Positions 19,162 through 29,563 of a stretch of 64,000 nt of DNA are shown in pieces. A model generated the notes under the pieces. The model made no database searches. It was not told where the DNA came from and saw only the letters and a program-made list of their open reading frames with translations. The stretch lies in sequence record DRR723986_4803; one strand, 5' to 3'. The translations under genes and the position numbers were made by a program. How positions within the stretch are numbered: the stretch's first letter is position 1; each line of letters starts with the position of its first letter.

Positions 19162-19979
19162 TGGCGCGTGAACCGGTTCGATTACTAGTGCTTGGTGCAC
19201 ACCCCGATGATGCGGAAATCTTTGCCGGCGGTTTAGTTGTTCGGCACGCTAGGCTAGGAGCGAAGGTGCGAATCGTCTCAGTGACCGATGGACGCTCGGG
19301 GCATCATGAGGTTTTACCTGAGGAACTGGTTGGCGTCCGCCGTCGGGAAGCGGCAGAGGCCGGAGCGAGTATCGGCGCGGATTATGTGACTTGGGACTTC
19401 GCGGATGGATCGCTCTTTCCAACGCTCGACGTGCGCGAAGCAATCATTCGAGAGATCCGCCGATTCCGACCCGACTTGGTGTTAACGCATCGACCGTGTG
19501 ACTACCACCCAGATCATCGCGCAGTTGGTGTTGCGGTACAAGACGCTTCGTACATGGTGACGGTGCCAAGCGTGTGCAACGACGTGCCCGCTCTTCGCCG
19601 CGATCCGGTTGTGGCCTACATGACGGACACTTTTACTCGGCCCAATCGCCTACGAGCCGACGTGGTGGTCAATATCGCCGATGAGTTCGACTCGGTGGTC
19701 GGCATGCTTAGTTGTCACAAGTCGCAAGTGTTTCAATGGTTGCCCTATCACGACGGTGTCTTAGAAGATGTCCCGTCTGATCCAGAGCAACGAATTGATT
19801 GGCTGCGTGGTTGGATGGACCGCTTCATGACGCAGCGTGCGGAGTTCTTCTCGCAGGAACTAGCGCAGCGAGGAGTTGAGATGGAATCGCCGGTCCGGAT
19901 CGAGGCCTTCGAAATCAGCGAGTACGCTCGGCAGCCAGAATCTCAAGAACGTTCGCTACTGTTCCCTGAGGGGATTTAG
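19161..19979 (+). CDS. PIG-L family N-acetylglucosaminyl deacetylase
   Basis: GAHPDDAEI, PDLVLTH...DYHPDH, CHKSQ. Confidence 0.92.
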   Translation: MAREPVRLLVLGAHPDDAEIFAGGLVVRHARLGAKVRIVSVTDGRSGHHEVLPEELVGVRRREAAEAGASIGADYVTWDFADGSLFPTLDVREAIIREIRRFRPDLVLTHRPCDYHPDHRAVGVAVQDASYMVTVPSVCNDVPALRRDPVVAYMTDTFTRPNRLRADVVVNIADEFDSVVGMLSCHKSQVFQWLPYHDGVLEDVPSDPEQRIDWLRGWMDRFMTQRAEFFSQELAQRGVEMESPVRIEAFEISEYARQPESQERSLLFPEGI

Positions 19980-20211
19980 TCGGGCTCTAGACTATTACTC
20001 CTGCTACTACGCCAGCTCTTTGCTTGGGATTAACCCTTCAAAGGCGGGGGAAATCAGCGTTCTTTGGGGCTAACCAGGCTGTCAGTGGGTTTTCGGGGCT
20101 GATGTTTCACGCAGCTACTCAGCGGCTACAATGGAGAGACGGCCGCAGGGAAGTTGCCGCCCACCCTCCCAGGGAAGTTCTGCAAATCCCCGAAGATATT
20201 GAGCAAACGCG

Positions 20212-22692
20212 ATGCGATTCGCTTCGTTTACCTGCACTCTACTAGTCCCCCTGCTTTGTGCAGCATCTTTCGCCTTCTACCCAGTAGTCGGTTTCGCTGC
20301 TGATGAGTCCGAGAAGGATTCAGCGAACGAAAGCCCCAGCAGCGAAGACAACGACGTGCTGGCAGGGCATTCATTCCATGGCGAAGCGTTCAACGAGGGG
20401 CCTCGGCAGGCTGCCTACTTTATGCCGGGATTGGAAGGAGTCGAATTTCCAGCCTCGACCGACAGCGACACCGTCCAACGCTTCATCAATCAAGGAGTCG
20501 CACAGCTACACGGGTTCTGGTACTACGAAGCTGAACGTTCCTTCCGACAGGCCTCAACGATTGATCCCGATTGTGCGATCTGTTATTGGGGTATGGCTCT
20601 CGCCAACGTTGAAAATCGAGAGAGAGCACGTGAGTTCATCGCGACGGCCGTCGACAAAAAGGAAGGTGCTACCCGCCGCGAGCAAATGTACATTGATGCT
20701 GCCGCGAAAGCGTTCCGTGATAAGGACGATAAGGGCAAGTCCATCAGCAAGAAAGATCGAGCACAGGGGTACACCAAAGACCTTGAAGAGATTGTGACTG
20801 AATTCCCTGACGACATTGAAGCCAAGGCTTTCTTGGGGCTGCAACTTTGGCAGAACTCGCGGTCCGGACTTCCAATCGTTAGTCACGTCGCTGTTGACTC
20901 AGTTCTACAGGATGTCTTCGACGCCAAGCCGATGCACCCGGCTCATCACTATCGCATTCATCTGTGGGATCGCGTTAAGGCGCAGAATGCGGTGAAGAGC
21001 GCCGCTCTGTGCGGACAGAGTCTACCGGCGATCGCGCACATGTGGCACATGCCCGGCCATATTTACTCCAAACTGCATCGCTACAACGAAGCCGTTTGGC
21101 AACAGGAGGCATCCGCCCGAGTCGACCACGCTCACATGATGCGAGATCGGGTGCTGCCAGATCAAATTCACAACTTCGCTCACAATAACGAATGGCTGAT
21201 CCGAAACCTGGTCAAGCTGGGGCGAGTCGACGATGCCCTGGCCTTGGCCAAGAACATGCTCGAGCTACCTCGGCATCCGAAATACAACACGTTGAGCAAG
21301 CGTGGGAGTGCCAAGTACGGTCGAGAACGACTTGTTCTCACTCTCAAAACGTATCGGCTTTGGGACGAGCTGCTGAGTCTGGCGGAAACGGATTACTTCC
21401 CGCAGACAGGCGATGAGAAACTGGATCTGGAGCGATTGGAGTTGATGGCAGTTGCTCAAGTGGCTCTCGGGCGTGATGGAACGGCCCAAGCCGAGCTGCT
21501 GGCCCTTCAAGCCGAGGAAAAACATGAACTGGAAGGCTTAGAGGCTACTCTGAAAAAGCTGAAGGAAGAGGCGAAATCGGCCGATTCGAAAGACGCCCCT
21601 GCCAAGGAAGGAACCGACGAGCCCACAGAAGAAGCTGGTGACGATTCCGAGGAGGGCATCGCTGAGCAGTGCGAAGAGGCCGAAGAGGGGAGCGAAGAGA
21701 GCAGCAAGGTTGATCCAAAGAAGGCTGCAGCGAATCGCAAGCGGCAAATCAAGGAAACCGGCGATAAGATTGCGTCGCTGAAATCCAATGCGAAACGAAT
21801 TTCACGTACGGTCGCTTCGGTTGAAACGATGCAGCTTGCTGCATCGGGAGAATACAAAGAGGCCCTGCGGAAGTGGCGATCGTCAAACCTGAAAGACGAA
21901 TTGCTTAAGGCAGAGTGGATTGCCGCGTCAGGGGATGTCGACGATGCAATCAAGCAAATTGACAAGCAAATCGACCGCTTGCCCAACGAAGTGCTACCTA
22001 TTGCCTGCAAAGCCTGGGTGCAGAGTACTTATCTAGACAATGAATCTTCACTGGATACGTTTGCGTCACTTCGCAAGCAAGCATCGGCGGCAGACCTTGA
22101 AACGCCCTTGTTGGCGAGGTTGTCCGAGCTAGCACAGAAAGCCGGAGTTGGTTCTGCGTGGGCTGAGGCAATGGAGATGCCGGCCGACTTTGGTCAGCGT
22201 CCTCCACTAGATGAGCTGGGGCCATTCCGTTGGCGTCCGTATCTGGCTCCCGACTTCAAGGCGCTTAGCAAAGATGGAAAGCCCTTTACGAAGGATTCCA
22301 TCGAGGGCAAGCCGACTTTGATGATCTTTTACCTCGGCTTTGGATGTTTACACTGCGTCGAGCAGTTGCACGCCTTCTCGCCTCGAATCGACGATTTCCG
22401 AAATGCAGGGATCGACATCGTCGCAGTTAGTACCGAGTCCGTTGAGTCGTTGAACAAGGGGCTTTCCTCGTTCGGCAAGACTTTGGAGATTCCCCTTCAT
22501 TCCGATGAGTCGCTTAGCTCATTCAAGCGTTATCGCTGCTACGACGACTTTGAGCAGCAGCCGCTTCACGGCACCTACTTGATCGATGCGAGTGGCCGTG
22601 TCCTTTGGCAGGATATTAGCTACGAGCCGTTCATGGACGTTGACTTTGCACTCAAGGAAGCAAAGCGACAACTAAACTTGCACGCAAAGTAG
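20212..22692 (+). CDS. Exported TPR-like protein with C-terminal redoxin (AhpC/TSA-like) domain
   Basis: Signal peptide; His-rich helical domain (HPAHHYRIH, AHMWHMPGHIY); acidic linker; FYLGFGCLHC and HGTYLIDASG. Confidence 0.85.
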   Translation: MRFASFTCTLLVPLLCAASFAFYPVVGFAADESEKDSANESPSSEDNDVLAGHSFHGEAFNEGPRQAAYFMPGLEGVEFPASTDSDTVQRFINQGVAQLHGFWYYEAERSFRQASTIDPDCAICYWGMALANVENRERAREFIATAVDKKEGATRREQMYIDAAAKAFRDKDDKGKSISKKDRAQGYTKDLEEIVTEFPDDIEAKAFLGLQLWQNSRSGLPIVSHVAVDSVLQDVFDAKPMHPAHHYRIHLWDRVKAQNAVKSAALCGQSLPAIAHMWHMPGHIYSKLHRYNEAVWQQEASARVDHAHMMRDRVLPDQIHNFAHNNEWLIRNLVKLGRVDDALALAKNMLELPRHPKYNTLSKRGSAKYGRERLVLTLKTYRLWDELLSLAETDYFPQTGDEKLDLERLELMAVAQVALGRDGTAQAELLALQAEEKHELEGLEATLKKLKEEAKSADSKDAPAKEGTDEPTEEAGDDSEEGIAEQCEEAEEGSEESSKVDPKKAAANRKRQIKETGDKIASLKSNAKRISRTVASVETMQLAASGEYKEALRKWRSSNLKDELLKAEWIAASGDVDDAIKQIDKQIDRLPNEVLPIACKAWVQSTYLDNESSLDTFASLRKQASAADLETPLLARLSELAQKAGVGSAWAEAMEMPADFGQRPPLDELGPFRWRPYLAPDFKALSKDGKPFTKDSIEGKPTLMIFYLGFGCLHCVEQLHAFSPRIDDFRNAGIDIVAVSTESVESLNKGLSSFGKTLEIPLHSDESLSSFKRYRCYDDFEQQPLHGTYLIDASGRVLWQDISYEPFMDVDFALKEAKRQLNLHAK

Positions 22693-22701
22693 ACTTAGCC
22701 G

Positions 22702-23883
22702 CTACGAGTGCTTGGGTGCAACTGTTGCGTACAAATCCAAGTCCGCTCGTCCCCCGATAACACCGAATAGCTGACGGATTTCGTCAAACATTTGCGGCGA
22801 CCAAGCCTGGTAACGTTTCGCCTTGGAGCCTAATACGTAGTAGTGCGGCTCACTGGTTACCGTGTCGGTCAAAGGCGCCGTATCCATGCAAACTGTAAAC
22901 GCTTGGTCCGACTGACGCTCAGATAAATGCAGTAGCGAATCACAGACAATCGGTAGAGTTTCTTCGGCTGACGTTCGGACTTGCAAGTCCAACTGGCCCG
23001 AATCAGTTTGAACCACATGCTCGATCCCCCAGGCCGGCAGTGCTACGACAGGGAGTTCGCCGAGCTGGATCAGACGATTCGCTTCTTCGATAACCTCACG
23101 AATCGCTTGCGGCAACTCGTCAGCAATTCTCAGTCCCTGATCCACAGTCTTGCGCGGAAGCAGCCAAGTCAGTTTTGTTTGTGGGTGGGCTTTTGCGACG
23201 TGATGAATCTGTGTCGCAGCCAAACACGCTTCAGCCGACGCACCGACAAGCACAGTGTGAGTGCCCGCGAATTCACTCGTGTTACCCTCAACGGCAAGCT
23301 TGGGTGGCAGGTTGGTCAGCGAAATGGCAGACTCGTCCTGACAAGCCAGGCCGCCACCGGGAGCCAGCCCGCTACGGAACGGATTGCCACTGGCGTCGAT
23401 GACAATGTCAAACAACTGAGAATGCCAGCCACGTTTCTGCGACTGAACCGAAACTCGAAATTCCTGTTCGGACCGCTGCTCCGTCGTGGTGGTGGAGCCC
23501 TGGGGAGAGAAACGCGAAATCGAATTCACGTGCGACTGGATATTGATACTGTCATAGACCAGATCAGTCTTGGCCAACGGAAGCAAGTACTGCTCCAGAT
23601 ACTGTCCGTAAGTAACCGCAGAATCGAGAGGCAGCTCACAGGGGTTCTCTTGCGCTTCCAACGCAGCTCGCCCAAGTGGTGTCGTTACTTGTCCAGCCGG
23701 GGCCGGCATGGTTACGTTTGTCCACGGAATCAGTGAGGTAGCCACGCGCCTGCGGGAGTATATCTCGACCGAATACCCAAGAAACCTGGCATAGAGTGCG
23801 GCCTCTATTGCATACGGTCCCGCGCCAATGATGGCGATGGTTGCTGGAGTATCGATTTCCGTGTCCCAAGGTATTTCTGTCAT
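22702..23883 (-). CDS. FAD/NAD(P)-binding oxidoreductase-like protein
   Basis: IAIIGAGPYAIEAA Rossmann motif, DIVIDASG, second degenerate VLVGAS motif. Confidence 0.7.
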   Translation of the reverse strand: MTEIPWDTEIDTPATIAIIGAGPYAIEAALYARFLGYSVEIYSRRRVATSLIPWTNVTMPAPAGQVTTPLGRAALEAQENPCELPLDSAVTYGQYLEQYLLPLAKTDLVYDSINIQSHVNSISRFSPQGSTTTTEQRSEQEFRVSVQSQKRGWHSQLFDIVIDASGNPFRSGLAPGGGLACQDESAISLTNLPPKLAVEGNTSEFAGTHTVLVGASAEACLAATQIHHVAKAHPQTKLTWLLPRKTVDQGLRIADELPQAIREVIEEANRLIQLGELPVVALPAWGIEHVVQTDSGQLDLQVRTSAEETLPIVCDSLLHLSERQSDQAFTVCMDTAPLTDTVTSEPHYYVLGSKAKRYQAWSPQMFDEIRQLFGVIGGRADLDLYATVAPKHS

Positions 23884-23999
23884 TTCGGTGAAGTCTATTG
23901 CTTTGCAAAGTAGTTGATGTTGATCTATTCGTTTCGGTGGCAACCTGGTCAAAGTCCGCCTGTTGAACCGCCCAGCCGAGGCCCATCTAGCAGGCTTAC

Positions 24000-25193
24000 C
24001 TAGTCAAGGCGGTACAGCAGGAACTTCAGGTATCGCAACTCTGGCATTGCTGCCGGCGTGGGGTGGTCACTTGGAAGTCCACGTGCGCTGAGCAGCGTCG
24101 GCAACCGTCGCGCCGCGCCGATACCTTCCAGGCAAATTTCTTCAAAGGTCGACTGGTCGATGTGGCTGGAACAGGAGGCTAATGCGACGTAGCCTTCCCG
24201 CCGCGTAGCCTTGGCAGACATCTGGGCCAGTTTTCTGTAGGCAGCCAATGCATTTGCCTTGGCTCTCTCACTTGGCGCAAACGAAGGGGGATCGCAGATG
24301 ACCAAATCCCATTGCTGGCCCTGGCGACTTGCGTCCGCTAGGAAATCCAAACAATCCCCTTTAACGCCATTGTGCACCTGTTCAGGTAGCTCGTTGAGTT
24401 TCCAAAGTTCCTCACTGGCCGCAATTGCCGGGCCCGCGATATCGACACTCGTTACACTAGTCGCACCGCCAGCTCCGGCCGCGATTGAGAAACCGCCATT
24501 GAAACTGTAAAGATTCAAGACGGAAAGGCCACTGGCCAAGCGCCGGACAAGCTCGCGGTTGTCTCGCTGATCAAGGAAGAAACCTGTTTTCTGACCGTGT
24601 AGAACATCGGCAACGAAATGGAGGCCGTTCTCAAGGAATCGTACCTCGGGAGCCGACAACTGCCCACGCAGCACCTCCCCTGCCCTGCCCCGACCGCGAA
24701 AACGCCGGACGACGCTCGTGGCGACCTTCTTCTCGACTAGCCAGTCTGCGATGCCGACTGCATCGTAGAACGCCTCCGGCGCACCACCGTCTAGTTTGAT
24801 AACCGCTGTTTCGTTGTAGACGTCAATGATCAACCCCGGTAATTGGTCACCTTCGCCGGCGATGAGTCGGTAACCAGTGGTAGAGGTGTCGAAGGCGCGT
24901 TGTCGCAAGCCCACGGCCCTCGACAAGCACGCGTCAATCCAATGGTCGTCAAGCTCGAAGGGCGGCTTCGTGCGACAAATCCGAAGCGGCAACGGGTGGT
25001 CTGGATCGTACAAACCGCTTGCGATGATGTCATTTTGCTTGTGGTCCAATAACATAGCTCTGCTACCGGAGGGCGCTCGTGAAATCTCAACCGATCTTGG
25101 AAAGAGCCAAGCGTGTCCGCGTTTGATTTGACGCGTTAGATTCTTACTGAGTCGAACCGTTTTGACGGGCCCGTTGACTTTGTGCAATGGCAT
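24000..25193 (-). CDS. RlmI-like class I SAM-dependent rRNA methyltransferase
   Basis: N-terminal PUA-like domain, YRLIAGEGDQLPGLIID, GQKTGFFLDQRDNR, VICDPPSF, YLK. Confidence 0.88.
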   Translation of the reverse strand: MPLHKVNGPVKTVRLSKNLTRQIKRGHAWLFPRSVEISRAPSGSRAMLLDHKQNDIIASGLYDPDHPLPLRICRTKPPFELDDHWIDACLSRAVGLRQRAFDTSTTGYRLIAGEGDQLPGLIIDVYNETAVIKLDGGAPEAFYDAVGIADWLVEKKVATSVVRRFRGRGRAGEVLRGQLSAPEVRFLENGLHFVADVLHGQKTGFFLDQRDNRELVRRLASGLSVLNLYSFNGGFSIAAGAGGATSVTSVDIAGPAIAASEELWKLNELPEQVHNGVKGDCLDFLADASRQGQQWDLVICDPPSFAPSERAKANALAAYRKLAQMSAKATRREGYVALASCSSHIDQSTFEEICLEGIGAARRLPTLLSARGLPSDHPTPAAMPELRYLKFLLYRLD

Positions 25194-25263
25194 GAGTTTC
25201 TTCGGCTTTGCGTTGGAGGCGATCCCGGTTAAACCTGGCCGTCTCCGTAGCGCCGCCAGAGAG

Positions 25264-26349
25264 TCAGCCGAGCAACTGGATCGACAGGAACACGCCAGCG
25301 ATCAAGACAAGAGGTATCAGGATGGCGAGCGCGACGCGCCACGGAGAAACCGGTTTGGCACCGTAGATCTTCCCAGTTTGCCCGTTGATGATAAAGCGAA
25401 AGGCCTTTCCCCTGTAGTGGTAGCGCCAAATGTAGACAGGCAACAGGACTAAATCCGTGCCGGTGACTTGGATGTTCGTACTGGAAGACAGGTCGCGTTG
25501 GCTGTCCCCAGGCATGAAACGGCGAATGGCCACCGCTTGTTGACTGCGGTAATGAGCTTGCCCCTTTTGCAGTGCGTCCGCTTCTGCGACGTTGGGCTCC
25601 TCTACGGGCCAGCCTGCGACTTTCTCAGGCGTGTAACGGACGACGGCAGTCAGAACGAACGGGCTCACCGAAGCAACTTCGCGTTCGGTCAGGCCGCGTG
25701 TCGCTGGGATCAAGTGGCCGAATTTATAGCTGCTGAAATCTCCCTCTAAAGGGAACCACTCTGTTTCTCGGATGCGCCGAGTCCGCTGGACGGTTTTTCC
25801 TTTTGAATCGCGAGTTGTATAAGTCTCCATTCGGTACCAATGCTCACCAATTTTGGCCCTCCAGCGACTCTCCGCAACGGCGGAAAAATGCCAGAACGGA
25901 ACATAAACACCTTGCCGCATCTCCGTCCTAGCTCGACGACGCAGGTCCCCAGGGCAGAACCAGCCTCGTTTGAGTAGCCAATTGGCGAATAGCTCGCTGG
26001 CTCGATTTTGAGAGATGGCAAAACCGACAACGAACTCTGGACGCCGCCCAGTGCCCGGCGCAAGCTCGATGACTATGGCTGTCTCGCAGAATGGGCACGT
26101 CATACTCCGAGAAACCTGGTGCCCAGAAATCAACGCACCGCAGCGACTGCACTCGACAGAACCATCGGCCAAAGCTGGCTCTAGCCCGGCGGCGTCTGAG
26201 CCTTGGCTTGATGAACGAGTTGCGTGATTAGCCGGAGGTTTCTGGGGAGCCGACTGAGGAGCTCCACAGGCACTGCAGAACGATTCATCCGACTGAACCG
26301 GTGAACCGCACGCCTCACAAGCTAGCAGTGGTGCATTGCTGTCGCGCAT
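25264..26349 (-). CDS. Zinc-ribbon domain protein with C-terminal membrane anchor
   Basis: Four CxxC motifs, GVYVPFW, LLPVYIWRYHYRGKAFRFIINGQTGKIYG, C-terminal TM helix. Confidence 0.8.
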   Translation of the reverse strand: MRDSNAPLLACEACGSPVQSDESFCSACGAPQSAPQKPPANHATRSSSQGSDAAGLEPALADGSVECSRCGALISGHQVSRSMTCPFCETAIVIELAPGTGRRPEFVVGFAISQNRASELFANWLLKRGWFCPGDLRRRARTEMRQGVYVPFWHFSAVAESRWRAKIGEHWYRMETYTTRDSKGKTVQRTRRIRETEWFPLEGDFSSYKFGHLIPATRGLTEREVASVSPFVLTAVVRYTPEKVAGWPVEEPNVAEADALQKGQAHYRSQQAVAIRRFMPGDSQRDLSSSTNIQVTGTDLVLLPVYIWRYHYRGKAFRFIINGQTGKIYGAKPVSPWRVALAILIPLVLIAGVFLSIQLLG

Positions 26350-26356
26350 CGCTTAC

Positions 26357-28051
26357 TCACCCAAACTCCGGCTGCATTCGCGCGCAAGCCTCTGTCACTT
26401 TGGCAAATTCGCTCTTGGCAAATTGCTCATCTAGATACTGTACTTCGATCAAGTGGTTTGCTGGTCCTGCCGCTGCTGTATCAACGTGCAAAGTGGCCAT
26501 GGCCCAACGGCGATCGAAGAAGCTTTGCGAGAAGTCAACCGTTTGAACTCGATCGAGGAATGTGACGCTTAGCTTCTTATTAAACACACCACTTTGAAAC
26601 GCAATGCCCCAATCTGGACGACTGTACTTCCTGGAGGCAGCACGCTTAGTGGCGATCCAAACAAAAAATGGCAGGACGACTATGCCGGCGATCGGGCCCC
26701 AAGGACGCTGCGCGGCCAAACCAATAAGCCCAACGAGCAGGCTGGCGATTAAGCCAAGCCGAATCATTCTACTGCGTGCTCGGGGCGAAAGCGGGTGCCA
26801 AAACAGCCGGTCTGGATCCCAGTCTATTGAAGGCCTTAGGCTACTTAGCAGTTCATATGCTTGTTGTGCAGGGATTACCGGAATGAACCACCGGCGCGAC
26901 ACAGTGCTCGAAGCATCCTCGCTTGAATTACCACCTCCCCCGGCGGTTTCAATTCGCACCGATGCTAGGCCGAAGGGACGCAGCAAGAGCGGGCGATGGA
27001 TACTGATGAACTGAATTCGCCGGCGTGGAACCGTTGCGCTGACCTTGGTAAACATTCCACATGATATACGTAGGTCGTCGCCGCTTAACACCAGCTTGTA
27101 ACCGTAGAATCGCAGCAGATACCATGCGATGCCAAGGGCACGCAATAGCCCAAGTGCGGTTATCGCAAGTAGTGCCAACTGCACATAGCCGGGCAACTGG
27201 GCAACGCTCGCTGGGATGAAACCATTGAAATCTGCCGTCGCGTTTCGCCAGTCTCTCCAGTTGACGCGATCCTCCCAGCCCGACTGGAAAAAGTACCCCA
27301 GTACAACGCCGAGTAGTACCATTCCTCGGTTGCTTGCTAGTCCAGCGATGATCAGCAAATTTGGAGGAATCGCCCAGAGGAGTCGTCCGGCGTCTTCGGC
27401 ATCCGTGTCCGCGGTTGAAACAACCTGTGAAGCTTCCCGTTCGCCGGTAGCGGCAACCGAGCCTACCCCGAAGTCACCTTGCTCAGCAGATGCAGGCCGA
27501 GTCGATGGTCCTGAATTGGCGGTTTTTACCGCCGCGCGAAGCTGATCGACTTGTTGCATCGTAATGACGCGTAGTGTTGCTTCGGGCTTGTCGCCGGAGG
27601 CAGTTTCGATGTTGACTACCGCGACACGGAACAATCGGTGGAGTGGGTTTTGGACGTAGTCGATGTTTTGAATGCGCCGAATCGGCACGCTGCGGACGCG
27701 CCGGAACAGCAACCCTTCAGTAACAACAAAGTCAGCATCTTCGATTCGGTACCTGAGCGTCAGGAATCGGACGAGATTTACAACTGCAGCGATAGCAACC
27801 GCAACGATCGCGACGTAGACGCCCCAAAAATTACCGCTGGCAATCCCAGCCAACCCAAAGAACGCAGGTAGAACAAACTGGCGGATCTGAGCGAGTGCCT
27901 CGAATACGATACTTGACGGATGCAGATAACCCTCTGGCAGCAAGCTTTCTGGCGGTCGCCCACTCTCTGCTTCTGTGTCCACGGTCGTTGCAACGATTGG
28001 TGGCATGGCTGGATCTATGCCACCCAACTGTTCGTCTTCACTGTTGGTCAT
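26357..28051 (-). CDS. YdbT-like membrane protein with three bacterial PH (bPH_2) domains
   Basis: Three TM-pair plus PH units (IRRIQNIDYVQNPLHRLF...IETAS; RRRIQFISI...IETAG; DRVQTVDFSQ...VDTAA). Confidence 0.88.
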   Translation of the reverse strand: MTNSEDEQLGGIDPAMPPIVATTVDTEAESGRPPESLLPEGYLHPSSIVFEALAQIRQFVLPAFFGLAGIASGNFWGVYVAIVAVAIAAVVNLVRFLTLRYRIEDADFVVTEGLLFRRVRSVPIRRIQNIDYVQNPLHRLFRVAVVNIETASGDKPEATLRVITMQQVDQLRAAVKTANSGPSTRPASAEQGDFGVGSVAATGEREASQVVSTADTDAEDAGRLLWAIPPNLLIIAGLASNRGMVLLGVVLGYFFQSGWEDRVNWRDWRNATADFNGFIPASVAQLPGYVQLALLAITALGLLRALGIAWYLLRFYGYKLVLSGDDLRISCGMFTKVSATVPRRRIQFISIHRPLLLRPFGLASVRIETAGGGGNSSEDASSTVSRRWFIPVIPAQQAYELLSSLRPSIDWDPDRLFWHPLSPRARSRMIRLGLIASLLVGLIGLAAQRPWGPIAGIVVLPFFVWIATKRAASRKYSRPDWGIAFQSGVFNKKLSVTFLDRVQTVDFSQSFFDRRWAMATLHVDTAAAGPANHLIEVQYLDEQFAKSEFAKVTEACARMQPEFG

Positions 28052-28697
28052 CCTGCATTTCCTTCTGCATGATGAGCATGTCGCGAATCCGAAGCGCTAC
28101 TTCGTGATCCAATCCATCGAGTTCAATCGATGCGTTCTTGGTTCCAGCGGTATGGATCGTCAATTTCCCCAGTCGCTTCCATCTCTGCAGCGGCCCCTGC
28201 CCTACATCGACATGCTGCACTCTGGCGGCAGGAATCGCCAGGCGGTGCTTCCATACTACACCGCGATGAATCAGGAAGCCTTTGTCGCTGAATTGCCAGC
28301 GAGTATTGTTGTAAACCAACTTCGGAAACACATGGGCAAAAAAGAAGAAGATGCTAGCCAATAGCAACCAGCCCGCTAAGACAGCCAGGACGACCCACCA
28401 CCGACCGTTCTTGGCAAGCAGAAAGATAGGGCTCGTCGATGGAATGACGATCGCCAAGATTACAATGGCAACGATGTAACCGACCAAGCGTTCGACAAAA
28501 ACGAACTGCTCGCTCAGGGGACGCATCGAACCAGCCTCTTCCAAAGTTTCAGAAGATGGCGGCGGTAGTTCTCCGGGTGAGGTGTCCTCCGGGATCTCAG
28601 GCTCCCCCTGGAAGTTTGAGTCGTTGGAATCTGTCGTGTTCAATGGATTGTTTGACCGGTTAGGCCACCCTGATTTGTCGCAATTGCTTTCTGCCAA
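28038..28697 (-). CDS. YdbS-like membrane protein with one bacterial PH (bPH_2) domain
   Basis: Two TM helices, then IPAARVQHVDVGQGPLQR...LTIHTAG. Confidence 0.9.
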   Translation of the reverse strand: MAESNCDKSGWPNRSNNPLNTTDSNDSNFQGEPEIPEDTSPGELPPPSSETLEEAGSMRPLSEQFVFVERLVGYIVAIVILAIVIPSTSPIFLLAKNGRWWVVLAVLAGWLLLASIFFFFAHVFPKLVYNNTRWQFSDKGFLIHRGVVWKHRLAIPAARVQHVDVGQGPLQRWKRLGKLTIHTAGTKNASIELDGLDHEVALRIRDMLIMQKEMQDDQQ

Positions 28698-28831
28698 GGT
28701 CCGCGTTGAAAAGCCGTCAACGCGCGGTGCTGCAGACTACACCGGATACTATACTGCTAACACCCCCGCTACCCATTGCAGCCTGTCCATAAGCGGGAAG
28801 CAATTTGTCTATTCCAGGAGCCTAGTTGCCA

Positions 28832-29341
28832 ATGTCCGAGCCTCAATTTCGCGTGAATCTTCAGAAAGAGCAACTAGTCTTTAGCGCAGCGCATTTCATC
28901 ACTTTCGCTGGCGACATCTGCGAGTGCATTCACGGTCACAACTACGGCGTTAAAGCGGAAGTGTGCGGACCGCTGGATGAGAACGAGTACGTTATCGACT
29001 TCATAGCATTTCGCGATACGCTCGCCGATATTGTAAAGCTGCTGGACCATCATGTCATTTTGCCAACTGAGCATAGCATGATCAGTGTTGCAGATGCCTC
29101 CTACGATGAAGCTGAGTGTGAGGAAATCGTTGTCAAGTTTCAGAAGAAAAGATGGGTATTCCCGAAGGAAGACTGCATGTTAATGCCCATCGTCAATACG
29201 ACTGCTGAACGCATTGCTTGGTGGATCGCTGGCGAACTGAAGTCTCGCATGAAACCGACCGTCGGCGATCGCATTGAGACGCTAGAGGTCGCCGTTGACG
29301 AAAATAATGGTCAGTGGGGCATATGCAAAGTCGATTGGTAG
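28832..29341 (+). CDS. 6-pyruvoyl-tetrahydropterin synthase / QueD family protein
   Basis: FSAAHF, CECIHGHNY, LDH, NTTAE. Confidence 0.88.
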   Translation: MSEPQFRVNLQKEQLVFSAAHFITFAGDICECIHGHNYGVKAEVCGPLDENEYVIDFIAFRDTLADIVKLLDHHVILPTEHSMISVADASYDEAECEEIVVKFQKKRWVFPKEDCMLMPIVNTTAERIAWWIAGELKSRMKPTVGDRIETLEVAVDENNGQWGICKVDW

Positions 29342-29563
29342 TACCGGCGGCAGGCGAATTGCCGTCGACTTGAGCGCCGCCAGTTGTGCTACTTAGGTTG
29401 TCAAAATCGACATAACCGTTCCCCATGTGGCGATTGGAGTCGCTTGGATGGACAATTGCCCGGGTAAGTTCGAATTGAAAATTCGGCGTGACGATAACTT
29501 CTAGGTCTGATGTTGTGGCCGAATGGTCCAGCCCTTACCCAATAGAAGTTCGCCGAGGTACAC

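Noticed and set aside
29352-29366. 15-mer AGGCGAATTGCCGTC, also at 58572-58586, both near stop codons
   Set aside because: About one or two such 15-mer matches are expected by chance in 64 kb, and the flanks do not extend
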